Shown here piece by piece: positions 19,544 to 28,118 of a stretch of 32,000 bases of DNA. The stretch comes from Candidatus Melainabacteria bacterium. GTDB taxonomy: Bacteria > Cyanobacteriota > Vampirovibrionia > Obscuribacterales > Obscuribacteraceae. The stretch covers positions 1,018 through 33,017 of the forward strand of contig JADZFV010000392.1 in NCBI GenBank assembly GCA_020854255.1. The letters are read 5' to 3'. Position numbers and translations under genes: made by a program. Each line of letters starts with the position of its first letter. Within the stretch, counting starts at the first letter, position 1. The notes below the pieces were generated by a model that worked only from the letters and a program-made list of their open reading frames with translations, made no database searches and was not told where the DNA came from.

Positions 19544-20236
19544 ATGACAGAAATCAAGCATCAAGAAATCAGCTCAATCGGCACTAAAAGCGGACTAATT
19601 GCATTTGCTGCCGCCTTCTCCTTTGCGCTCACAATTTCAGGTCTATTGAGCGTTCAAGACAGCGCTGCGGCGCCCAGGGCGGGCGCTTCCGTCGTGAAGA
19701 CGACGAAAGACAAGAAAGATGCGCCTGCCGCCGAGAAAGACAGCAAAGAAAAAGACGCCAAGGACAAGGACGGCAAAGACGATAAGAAAGCCGAGGCGCC
19801 CGCTCCACCCGAGCCACCCCTTGAAAATGTCCAGTTAGTGACGACTCAAGAATTGGTTGATGCCCCTCAAAAGTTCCTGCACAAAAACGTCAAGTTCTGC
19901 GCTCCATTTCATGCCTATTCAAGCCTCGCTCTTGACTACAAGCCGGCTTTGCGCCCGTCAAAAACCCATCTTTCATTCTTGATTTTAAGACCGAACAGCA
20001 AAGTGCCCTTCTCCGAAATCAAATTGGCAATGCCGATTCCCAAGGACAAAGATCCAAAGAACAAACTTCTGCAAGACTTGAAAGACCAGGACACCATCGA
20101 AGTCACAGGCACTGTTTTTGCAACCGCACTGGACGAACCCTGGATTGACGTCAAACAGCTAATTAAGACGGCAAGCGCGCCAGATCCGAAGAAAGACAAA
20201 GAAAAGGATAGTGCCAAGAAAGAAGATTCGAAGTAA
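19544..20236 (+). CDS. Secreted protein with Lys/Asp-rich linkers flanking a small globular domain
   Basis: Hydrophobic N-terminal segment (LIAFAAAFSFALTISGLLSVQDSAAA), charged low-complexity (KDKKDAPAAEKDSKEKDAKDKDGKDDKKAEAPAP), conserved-looking beta-rich core, K/D/E-rich tail. Confidence 0.7.
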   Translation: MTEIKHQEISSIGTKSGLIAFAAAFSFALTISGLLSVQDSAAAPRAGASVVKTTKDKKDAPAAEKDSKEKDAKDKDGKDDKKAEAPAPPEPPLENVQLVTTQELVDAPQKFLHKNVKFCAPFHAYSSLALDYKPALRPSKTHLSFLILRPNSKVPFSEIKLAMPIPKDKDPKNKLLQDLKDQDTIEVTGTVFATALDEPWIDVKQLIKTASAPDPKKDKEKDSAKKEDSK

Positions 20237-20306
20237 GCTTGAGCGATAAAGGCGATGCCGCGCGTCGCCTCAATGCCTGAAGTCCGACATATCCAGGAGA
20301 TGCAAA

Positions 20307-20675
20307 ATGCCCGACCCTAACCAACTGATGGCGCTTTTAAACACCCTCAATGGCAAGCACGGCATTTTGGGTTGTTTGCTGATATCGCGGGACGGACAGG
20401 TTGTCGCAACTTCATTGCCGGCTGAAGTTGATGTGGCAATGATCGGAGCCCTGTCTGCGACACTTTTCTCCAACAACGATGTCTCAATCCAGAGAATGAA
20501 TCGCGGCAATCTCATGCAGATGACGCTTTTGACTGACCAGGGCATCCTGCACTTCTATGAGGTAGCCAACCACTTCCTCGTCGTTCTTACGGCCAAAAAT
20601 CAAAAGATCAATCTGGAAGGCTTGATTCGCTCAGTGGAAGAGCAAGGTAAATCCCTCCAGCAAATGCTCGGCTAA
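20307..20675 (+). CDS. Roadblock/LC7-domain protein
   Basis: 'GILGCLLISRDGQVVATSLPAEVDVAMIGALSATLFSN...LTDQGILHFYEVANHFLVVLTAKNQKINLEGL'. AGGAG upstream of the ATG. Confidence 0.8.
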   Translation: MPDPNQLMALLNTLNGKHGILGCLLISRDGQVVATSLPAEVDVAMIGALSATLFSNNDVSIQRMNRGNLMQMTLLTDQGILHFYEVANHFLVVLTAKNQKINLEGLIRSVEEQGKSLQQMLG

Positions 20676-20879
20676 AAGACGGGCAAGCGCCTGAATCAAC
20701 AAGTACGTGAGACTCCATATACAAGTAGGCGCCTCATTTAGTTAGTTTTAAAAGCTGAGAATTCACTATATAAGCTATAGTAGTTATCGAGAGCATATTG
20801 ATAGCCGGCTGCGGTTCTTTTGAGCCTGGAGCAGAAATATGCAGGATCCCGATGCAGGGTACTTTATCGAGGAGTGTCT

Positions 20880-22532
20880 ATGCGTCTTTCAAAAGTGAAG
20901 CCTGCTTTGTTGGCAGCACTTTTCGCCATAAACAGTTTGTTGCCGGCCTATGCGGCCAGGTTTGTCGACCTGGGCAGCAGCTGGGCGGAAAAATACATCA
21001 ACGATTTATCCGACAAAGGCGTAATTCCTGCCGAGAGCGACGGCAAATTCAAGCCAAACGAACCTGTCACGCGTGCCGCTTTGTCCATGTGGATGGTCAG
21101 AGCTCTGGGACTGGAAAACCAGCCGGTATCAACGCATCCAAGCTTTCCCGACGTCAAGGTGAGCGACCCTTTCTATAAATATGTCGAGATTATCCGGCAG
21201 AACAATTACATAGCCGGCTTCCAGGACGGATTTCGACCAAACCAATTCATTCAACAGGGTGAAGTAATTTCGATTGTCGCTCGCGCCTTGCACACTCAAG
21301 CACCGGACGAGGGGACGGTTGAGAGAGTTTTGTCACGCTATCAAGACGGCAGCAAAGTGCCGCAATGGGCACGCGTGGGAGTCGCTCAAGCGGCCGAAAG
21401 CGGTCTGCTAGACGGAGACGAAAAGCCGACCGAAGTAGATGCGACGGCGATTGCCACCAGGGCTTCGGCAGCCGCGCTGATTTATCGACTGCAGCAAAGT
21501 TTGGCCAGAAAAGACATTGCCGATACGACTGCACAAGCGGTGTCCGGCGGCTCATTTGGTGCCGGCACGGCACCAAATGTGGCATCAACACAACTGGGCG
21601 GCGGAGAGCCGGCTTATCAGGGGCGCGTCACCGAACAGGGCACCGGCCTGCCAGCTTATGGGGGCGGGCAACCAGGTTATCCGCAAACGCAAGCTGCGCC
21701 GCAAATGCCTCCGCAAAATCCTTATGCGGGCGGCGCCCAGCAAGGCTATCCGCCCATGCAGCCTCAGTATCCGCAAGCCGGCGGATACCCACCCGCCAAT
21801 CCTTATCTTTCCGGAAGAGTGGCCGTAGTAGCGGCAGGAACCAAGCTGCAAGCCAATTTAAAAAACACTCTCAATTCCGGCTCCACTCAACCGGGCGAAA
21901 CGGTTGAGGCAACGCTGGGCTCTCCCATTTATTCTGGCGGAGTAGAAGTGGTTCCGGCAGGCAGTAAGCTCTCCGGGCAAGTGACCAATGTAGTGAGCGC
22001 AAAACGATTTAAGTTTGGCGCCAATGGAAAAATCGACATTCGTTTTACTCAGATTGAAACACCTGACGGCAGGCGTGTACCGCTTTCCGCGTCCATCGAC
22101 GACACTCAGTTGAGATTGACCGGCGGCACCACAGCCGGCCGCGTCGGTAAAGGTCTGGTTACGACAGGCGTAGGGGCCGCCGGTGGTGCCGCGCTGGGAA
22201 CCGCGCTGGGAGCCATTGTCGGAGCGACCGGGCGCGGTCAGGTCGGGCGCAGCACCGGTATGGGAGCAGTGTTCGGCACCGCCCTTGGTGGTGGCGTCGG
22301 AGCAGTCGGTGCAGTCGTTCGCAAGGGATCTGAAATCACCATTCCGGCCGGCTCCACCCTGCCGATCCAGTTGGATGAATCAATGCAAGTTGCTGCCGGT
22401 GGCCCGCCGCCACCTCAATATGCCTTTCCGCCTGGTGGCGGCTATGGCGGCTATGCGCCGCCTCAAGGCGGCTACCCTCCGCCGCAAGGCGGATATCCGC
22501 CAGCGCAACAGGGTGGTTATTACCCGCAGTAA
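20880..22532 (+). CDS. S-layer homology (SLH) domain protein with VirB10/TrbI-like and glycine-zipper-like segments and a G/Y/P/Q-rich tail
   Basis: ATG at 20880 with GAGGAG upstream and signal peptide. Three SLH-type repeats (FVDLGSSWAEKYINDLSDKGVI..., FPDVKVSDPFYKYVEIIRQNNYIAGF..., ...VPQWARVGVAQAAESGLL...), then 'VVPAGSKLSGQV...FTQIETPDGRRVPLSA', 'GVGAAGGAALGTALGAIVGATG', and a repetitive tail. Confidence 0.88.
   Translation: MRLSKVKPALLAALFAINSLLPAYAARFVDLGSSWAEKYINDLSDKGVIPAESDGKFKPNEPVTRAALSMWMVRALGLENQPVSTHPSFPDVKVSDPFYKYVEIIRQNNYIAGFQDGFRPNQFIQQGEVISIVARALHTQAPDEGTVERVLSRYQDGSKVPQWARVGVAQAAESGLLDGDEKPTEVDATAIATRASAAALIYRLQQSLARKDIADTTAQAVSGGSFGAGTAPNVASTQLGGGEPAYQGRVTEQGTGLPAYGGGQPGYPQTQAAPQMPPQNPYAGGAQQGYPPMQPQYPQAGGYPPANPYLSGRVAVVAAGTKLQANLKNTLNSGSTQPGETVEATLGSPIYSGGVEVVPAGSKLSGQVTNVVSAKRFKFGANGKIDIRFTQIETPDGRRVPLSASIDDTQLRLTGGTTAGRVGKGLVTTGVGAAGGAALGTALGAIVGATGRGQVGRSTGMGAVFGTALGGGVGAVGAVVRKGSEITIPAGSTLPIQLDESMQVAAGGPPPPQYAFPPGGGYGGYAPPQGGYPPPQGGYPPAQQGGYYPQ
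22434..22523 (+). repeat. In-frame low-complexity repeat encoding GGY-PPxQ units
   Basis: DNA repeats of the type ggcggctaccctccgccgcaaggcggatatccgcc encode GGYGGYAPPQGGYPPPQGGYPPAQQGGYYPQ. Confidence 0.75.
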
Positions 22533-22577
22533 CTCAGGCCGGGCGACACATGGCGTCGCTCCTCCAGGCACAAGGCT

Positions 22578-23354
22578 TCAGTCGCCGCCGTAACGCCTGT
22601 TGCGCTGCGCGTATTCTTCAATCGCTTCGTCAAAATTCTCAGGCGTGAAATCAGGCCACAAAATCGGCGTAATATACAACTCAGAGTACGCCGCTTGCCA
22701 TAAAAGATAATTGGAAAGTCGCATTTCACCGCCTGTGCGAATCATCATTTCCGGATCGGGAATTTCGCCTGTAAATAGATATGAATTGAGCAACTCCTCA
22801 GTGATATCCGCTGGTGCCAGTAAGCCTGCCGCCGCTTCGGCAGCGATACGCTTTGCAGCCTGGGTGATCTCCAGGCGAGAACCATAATTGATTGCCACCT
22901 GCAAATTCAGACCGGTATTGTGCTTCGACTCTTCCATCGAACGCTCGAAAGACTTTTTCAAGCGCGCCGGGATTGTTGACATGTCACCTATGAAGCGGAG
23001 GCGAACACGGTTTTCCGATAGTTCATCAAACTCATCGCGCAACACATTGCTGAACAATTCGAACAAATAGCGTACTTCTTCACGGCTGCGCTGCCAGTTT
23101 TCGCTTGAAAAGGCATACACGGTCAAATATTCCAGCCCAATGGAGCCGGCGTGCCGGACCAGTCTTTTCAGCGACTTGACACCCTCTTTGTGACCGGAGA
23201 GGCGCGGCAATTTGCGCTGATCCGCCCATCGCCTGTTGCCGTCCATGATGATGGCAACGTGCTTGAGCGGCAACGTCATAGTCGTTTTTGCCGGCACCGG
23301 TTCACTATTATTGGTGGCAGGCTCTGGTTTTGACACTTTCAACGGTCGACCCAT
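22578..23354 (-). CDS. uppS: Isoprenyl transferase (undecaprenyl diphosphate synthase family)
   Basis: 'HVAIIMDGNRRWADQRKLPRLSGHKEG', 'YLTVYAFSSENWQRS', 'RFIGD', 'NYGSRLEI', 'PDPEMMIRTGGEMRLSNYLLWQAAYSELY...WPDF'. Confidence 0.95.
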   Translation of the reverse strand: MGRPLKVSKPEPATNNSEPVPAKTTMTLPLKHVAIIMDGNRRWADQRKLPRLSGHKEGVKSLKRLVRHAGSIGLEYLTVYAFSSENWQRSREEVRYLFELFSNVLRDEFDELSENRVRLRFIGDMSTIPARLKKSFERSMEESKHNTGLNLQVAINYGSRLEITQAAKRIAAEAAAGLLAPADITEELLNSYLFTGEIPDPEMMIRTGGEMRLSNYLLWQAAYSELYITPILWPDFTPENFDEAIEEYAQRNRRYGGD

Positions 23355-23498
23355 GGAAAGAGTTTACGGATGCATCTTTTCGTGCACTTGCTGGCAATTT
23401 TACCGGCTCTCGCTGGCTTGGGCTGAAAACATAAAGAATTCCTCACCGACACTGATATAATCACTAAACTCACGAGAGCTGCGGGAACACAGGATTTT

Positions 23499-25652
23499 AT
23501 GAACCGAGAAAAGCTGAAGGATGTCCTCGATTTATTCCTTATCAGCTTGATATCGCTTTACTTCGAACTGCTGATCATTCGTTGGTTATCCTCTGAGATT
23601 CGCATTTTCGCCTATTTCAAAAACATCCCGCTCATGGCTTGCGTCTTTGGACTTGGACTGGGGCTGGGTCTTTCCAACCATAAGCGCGTCTTTTCAGGCT
23701 ACTGGCCGTACGGGCTTTTGGCGCTCTGTACAATCATTTCTTTTGCATCGCCTCTCCATTTGGTTCACGTTTCTTGCATCAACCCGGCCGAGCACTACAT
23801 TCTGGGCGAAGCATGGGGGAATTTCACAGGCGACGTCAGCTATTTGGACAAAGTGGCAATGATCCTGCCGGGTCTGGCAGTGCTAGTCATTGTTTTCTAC
23901 TTGATGGCATTCACGTTCGCGTGTCTCGGGCAAAAGCTCGGACAAACATTCGACAAATTCCCGCCGCTACCTGCTTACAGCATCAACGTAGGGGCAAGTT
24001 TGCTCGGTATTTTGCTGTTTTCAGGACTTTCCTATCTGTCATTAAAACCCGAGCACTGGTTGCTTGTCGGCTGCGCTTTGTGCCTGCGCTTCTATTACAA
24101 ACCACTGCAGGCGGCTGCCCTGGTTGCGTGTGTAGCTATTGCGTTCTTTACGAGCGTTCCGGGAGTGATCTGGTCTCCGTATTACCGGGTGAGCACGGCA
24201 CCTGTGGTCATAGAAAAAGATGGCGACCACCCACCACTAATGTATGGACATGTGATCACCGTCAACTACGACGGTATTGAAGGTGCCTACGACAACAGCC
24301 CCGCCACCATTGCCAAAGCCTCACCAAAGCAAAAGAAACAGCTGCTTGAATACTACGATTATTTGTACGAGTTGATAGGAGACAAGCCGCGCACAATGCT
24401 GGTTCTGGCATCGGGAGCCGGCAACGATCTGGCCGCTGCTCTCAGACACGGCGCCACAGAAATTGATGCCCTGGAGATTGATCCAGTAATTGTCCAACTG
24501 GGCAAAAAACTTCATCCTGAAAAGCCTTACGACAATCCGAAAGTAACTGTGCACGTCGACGACGCACGCGCATTTCTGTCTCGCTGCAAAAAACAATATG
24601 ACCTGGTCGACTTTGCTTATCTCGACAGCCACAGCGCCTTTTCGTCGATGTCCTCGATTAGACTGGACAATTACATCTACACCGTGGAAAGTTTCCGCAG
24701 CGCTGCAAAACTGATGAAGCCGGACGGAATCATGGCTGTGACCTTCTACCCGACCACGTCATGGCAAATGACTCGCATCTTCAAGACAATCACCGAAGCG
24801 CTTGGAGAAGAGCCGATCGGCATCAATTCGGACCATGCCTTGACCTTCCTGGTCGGACCGGGCGTGGATCGCGAAGCAATCAAGAAAAAGGGCTTCAAAC
24901 TCTTCGACAAAGAAGAACAGAAAAAACTCAATGCCGTCGAAATGGCAAGCTGGGATCGCATCAACCCGACTACGGATGACTGGCCCTTTCTTTTCCTGCG
25001 CCAACGGGAAATGACTTTCACCTATGCAGCCGGACTGATATTCACCATTTGCATTGGCTGGAGACTGGTAAGACGCTGCTTCGGCAGTTATTTCGTCAAT
25101 CCGACCGGCAAGACGATGCTATTTCTGGGAGCAGCCTTCATGCTCATGGAAGTGAAGAGCGTTTCTCAGATGGGACTTCTAGCCGGAACCACCTGGATCG
25201 TCAATTCGATCGTGATTGCATCGATTTTGCTCATGATTCTTGTCGCCAACCTGATCCAGATGAAGCTCCAGCTGAAAAATGTCACAGCGCTATACGGGCT
25301 GCTTCTTGTTTCGCTTCTGGTCAGCTACTTCACGCCCCTGTCGGCTCTGAATGCACTGCCGATTGTTGAGCGACTGACCCTTGGTTCCATTGTTCTTTGC
25401 CTGCCATTTGTTTTTGCATCGATGATTTTTGCCATCTCATTTTCACGAGTCAAAGACGGACACAGCGCTCTTGGCATGAATCTCCTGGGTACCCTTATTG
25501 GCGGCGCTCTCGAGTATTCGTCGATGATTCTTGGAATTTCCGCCCTCAATCTTGTCGCTATCGTTCTTTATGCGTGCGCCTTTTTCTACTGGCGCAAGGC
25601 AGAAAAACAGGGACTGGAAGGGTCGGAAGAATTGCAAGCAGCAGACTCTTAG
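23499..25652 (+). CDS. Polytopic membrane protein with central SAM-dependent methyltransferase/spermidine synthase-like domain
   Basis: Hydrophobic N-terminal half, then 'MLVLASGAGNDLAAALRHGATEIDALEIDPVIVQLGKKLHP...VTVHVDDARAFLSRCKKQYDLVDFAYLDSHSAFSS', then a hydrophobic C-terminal region. AGGA upstream of the ATG. Confidence 0.8.
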   Translation: MNREKLKDVLDLFLISLISLYFELLIIRWLSSEIRIFAYFKNIPLMACVFGLGLGLGLSNHKRVFSGYWPYGLLALCTIISFASPLHLVHVSCINPAEHYILGEAWGNFTGDVSYLDKVAMILPGLAVLVIVFYLMAFTFACLGQKLGQTFDKFPPLPAYSINVGASLLGILLFSGLSYLSLKPEHWLLVGCALCLRFYYKPLQAAALVACVAIAFFTSVPGVIWSPYYRVSTAPVVIEKDGDHPPLMYGHVITVNYDGIEGAYDNSPATIAKASPKQKKQLLEYYDYLYELIGDKPRTMLVLASGAGNDLAAALRHGATEIDALEIDPVIVQLGKKLHPEKPYDNPKVTVHVDDARAFLSRCKKQYDLVDFAYLDSHSAFSSMSSIRLDNYIYTVESFRSAAKLMKPDGIMAVTFYPTTSWQMTRIFKTITEALGEEPIGINSDHALTFLVGPGVDREAIKKKGFKLFDKEEQKKLNAVEMASWDRINPTTDDWPFLFLRQREMTFTYAAGLIFTICIGWRLVRRCFGSYFVNPTGKTMLFLGAAFMLMEVKSVSQMGLLAGTTWIVNSIVIASILLMILVANLIQMKLQLKNVTALYGLLLVSLLVSYFTPLSALNALPIVERLTLGSIVLCLPFVFASMIFAISFSRVKDGHSALGMNLLGTLIGGALEYSSMILGISALNLVAIVLYACAFFYWRKAEKQGLEGSEELQAADS

Positions 25653-25667
25653 TCCAAAATTCAGCCT

Positions 25668-26153
25668 ATGCCTTTCATCAAGCCGACCTACAATATCGAC
25701 GGAGACGTCACAGACATCATCATTGATGCACTTGTGGCCGACGGCGTGAAAGGACTGATTTTCGATCTCGACAGCACTCTCATCGAATCAAAAACCGCTC
25801 GCCTGACCGACGAAGTGAATGCCTGGCTGGTTAAGGCCAGACCGCATTTTAAGATGGTGATCTTGAGCAACAACAAAAACCCTGTCTATCTCGAAAAAGT
25901 TAAAACGGTCCTGGAAATGCCTGTGATCGGATATGCGAGAAAGCCCAGCCGGCGAGGATTTCGTCAAGCGATGGAAATGTTGGACTTGCCGCCGGCACAA
26001 GTAGCAGTTATTGGGGATCGCCCGCTCACTGACATTCTGGGCGGAAAAAGAAGCGGTGCAAAAACCGTGCTTGTCAAAATATTGCGCACCATCAAAGAGC
26101 CGTCCTGGAAAACCAGCATCAGAAATCTGGAAAGAAGACTGATAGGCAGGTGA
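25668..26153 (+). CDS. YqeG family HAD IIIA-type phosphatase
   Basis: 'GVKGLIFDLDSTLIESKTARLTDEVNAWL', 'VILSNNKN', 'ARKPSRRGFRQAMEMLDLPPAQVAVIGDRPLTDILGGKRSGAKTVLV'. Confidence 0.88.
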   Translation: MPFIKPTYNIDGDVTDIIIDALVADGVKGLIFDLDSTLIESKTARLTDEVNAWLVKARPHFKMVILSNNKNPVYLEKVKTVLEMPVIGYARKPSRRGFRQAMEMLDLPPAQVAVIGDRPLTDILGGKRSGAKTVLVKILRTIKEPSWKTSIRNLERRLIGR

Positions 26154-26225
26154 TAAAACACCCACAGAGCTTGCAAAATTGATCCGATTGGGTTAGCTTG
26201 AAGCAAGTCATAGTGAGGGTTTCCG

Positions 26226-28097
26226 GTGTCTATCCAGCAGATATACAAGAGTCGTACGTCTCTTGTTTCATTCATATCTGTTTCCCTTTTGCTTTCATCG
26301 ACTCTGACACCTTTAGCAGTGGCAAAGCCGACAGGTCAGGTTCAAAAGATTGAGCCGGTTATCACCCTCTGGCAATTGCAACCCTTTCGCCCCAATCTGA
26401 TTCCCGCCGCTTCCATCTCCCATGTGAGGGCAAAGACCGTTTTGCCGGCAGGGAAACGGGCAGCGCCTAAAGAGAAAAGAAAAATCGCACCTACCGATCA
26501 CTTTCGCATCGGTCTGGTCCTGAAAGCCAAAGGTAACTCAGGAAGGGCCCTCGTCGAATTTCTCAAAGCTACTCAGAAAAATCCTCGCCAGATCAACGCC
26601 TTTTACGAACAGGCTCTGATCTTCAGGCAACAGGGCTATTTGAAGCTGGCAGATTCTTCGCTCGAGCAAGCGCTGCGCATCGCCAAATCTTCTTCGAAAA
26701 ACCCGAAGAGAAAGTCGTTCAACGTCAACGACCTCAATCGCATTCGACTCCTGCTCGCCACCGTCCGCCTCGAGCAGGGCAACGTAGGAAGCGCGGCCGA
26801 AGAGCTGGGACGCTCATTGGGTATCGCTCTGAATGTGCCGCCAACCAATTCAAATTCAACTGCCGGTGATTGGCCGGACAACCCTGCAGCGAATTCTAAC
26901 CCGCCAACCACAATCCTGCAGTCGTTGCATCCTGAAATCGAGGAGCAAAAGGAACACTCCTCAAGCCAGAAAGCGCCAGTATTCCAACCCACTGCTCAAT
27001 CCGATGAAAAGGTAATTACTGATGCGTGGAGCGATCCGACAATAAAAGAGAACGCAGCCGATGCCACCGTTTCCGATCTCATCAAAGAGGGACTGACAGG
27101 GCTGAAAGATCATCTGTTCAACCCGCTTTCCATCCTGGGTACGCCGCGCATATCGCAGGACGGGGAAAAGACAGAGAAGAACAAGAAGAAAGAAAAACGC
27201 GTAAGGAAACATCACTGGCGAGAACCAAAACGCAAAGTCGCTCTCAAAACAGAAGAAGAGAAAAAACCGCAGGAAAAAAGAAAGCGCCGCAGCTGGCTTG
27301 AAAGACGTCTGGCTCTCACGCAGACCGATGCTGTAAAGCCAGAGGCAGCCAATCTACCGGAAAAAACTGAAGAAGCGCAAGAACAGAAACAAGAACAAGC
27401 AGAGCCGCAATTGGTAAAGTCCGAGCCTGCCTTGCAGGAAGTCGCCAAAGAAAATAAAAACGATCTGGCCGTCAATTCTAAAACAGCGGCTCTCACTTTC
27501 ACCAAAGAAGAGTCCACAATCAGGCTGGCCGACTCAATCAAGAATGCAAACTCGAAAGAGAGCGCCGATACACAGGCAGAAGCAGGTTCGCTCAGCCTGA
27601 CCATGCCGCCGGCCATTTCGCAGCGCATCTCGCTCGTGGCGGCCTTGCTCTCAGCTTTCAACCATTACACAAATAAAACAACGGCTGCGGAAAAAACGCC
27701 GGAAAAGCCTGTAGACCCGATTGATGAAAGGCTCAAATATTTAGCAGAACACGGCACTTCGTCACTCAAGGAAGGCGAAGCCTTCATGTTCTCCGAAGAA
27801 TCCGGCGAAGCCACGCTCTTTATGTCAAACGGCGAGGTGATTCGAAGAACTATTGCGATCGCTCGCGGGCATGAAGAAGTGGCAAAACTAAGACGCCCGG
27901 ACATACTAATTCCCGAAGAACTAATCTACAATCTAGCTTTAATGGCAAAAATATTGCCCAAACAGGAAGAGCCGAAAGAAACGGTTAGAGAGCCCACAGA
28001 AACCGCTCCCAGACTGAAAGTGCCGGCGAGCCTTTTAAGAACAGATTCTAAGCCTCATTCATTCTCTGACTGGCTGAAGGACGTTCTGAACCTATAG
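26226..28097 (+). CDS. Secreted Lys/Glu-rich protein with N-terminal TPR-like segment
   Basis: GTG start, signal peptide (SFISVSLLLSSTLTPLAVAKP), TPR-like 'GRALVEFLKATQKNPRQINAFYEQALIFRQQGYLKLADSSLEQALRIAK', then long charged low-complexity region. Confidence 0.75.
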   Translation: MSIQQIYKSRTSLVSFISVSLLLSSTLTPLAVAKPTGQVQKIEPVITLWQLQPFRPNLIPAASISHVRAKTVLPAGKRAAPKEKRKIAPTDHFRIGLVLKAKGNSGRALVEFLKATQKNPRQINAFYEQALIFRQQGYLKLADSSLEQALRIAKSSSKNPKRKSFNVNDLNRIRLLLATVRLEQGNVGSAAEELGRSLGIALNVPPTNSNSTAGDWPDNPAANSNPPTTILQSLHPEIEEQKEHSSSQKAPVFQPTAQSDEKVITDAWSDPTIKENAADATVSDLIKEGLTGLKDHLFNPLSILGTPRISQDGEKTEKNKKKEKRVRKHHWREPKRKVALKTEEEKKPQEKRKRRSWLERRLALTQTDAVKPEAANLPEKTEEAQEQKQEQAEPQLVKSEPALQEVAKENKNDLAVNSKTAALTFTKEESTIRLADSIKNANSKESADTQAEAGSLSLTMPPAISQRISLVAALLSAFNHYTNKTTAAEKTPEKPVDPIDERLKYLAEHGTSSLKEGEAFMFSEESGEATLFMSNGEVIRRTIAIARGHEEVAKLRRPDILIPEELIYNLALMAKILPKQEEPKETVREPTETAPRLKVPASLLRTDSKPHSFSDWLKDVLNL

Positions 28098-28118
28098 AGC
28101 GACGCTCAGGATTGAATT

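Noticed and set aside
21365-21907. 180-aa Arg/Ser-rich + strand ORF
   Set aside because: Alternate frame inside the SLH-protein gene; low-complexity composition is explained by the overlapping codons.
22434-22523. CRISPR-like or intergenic repeat array
   Set aside because: The repeats are contiguous, in-frame codon repeats of GGYPPPQ at the end of the SLH gene, with no spacers.
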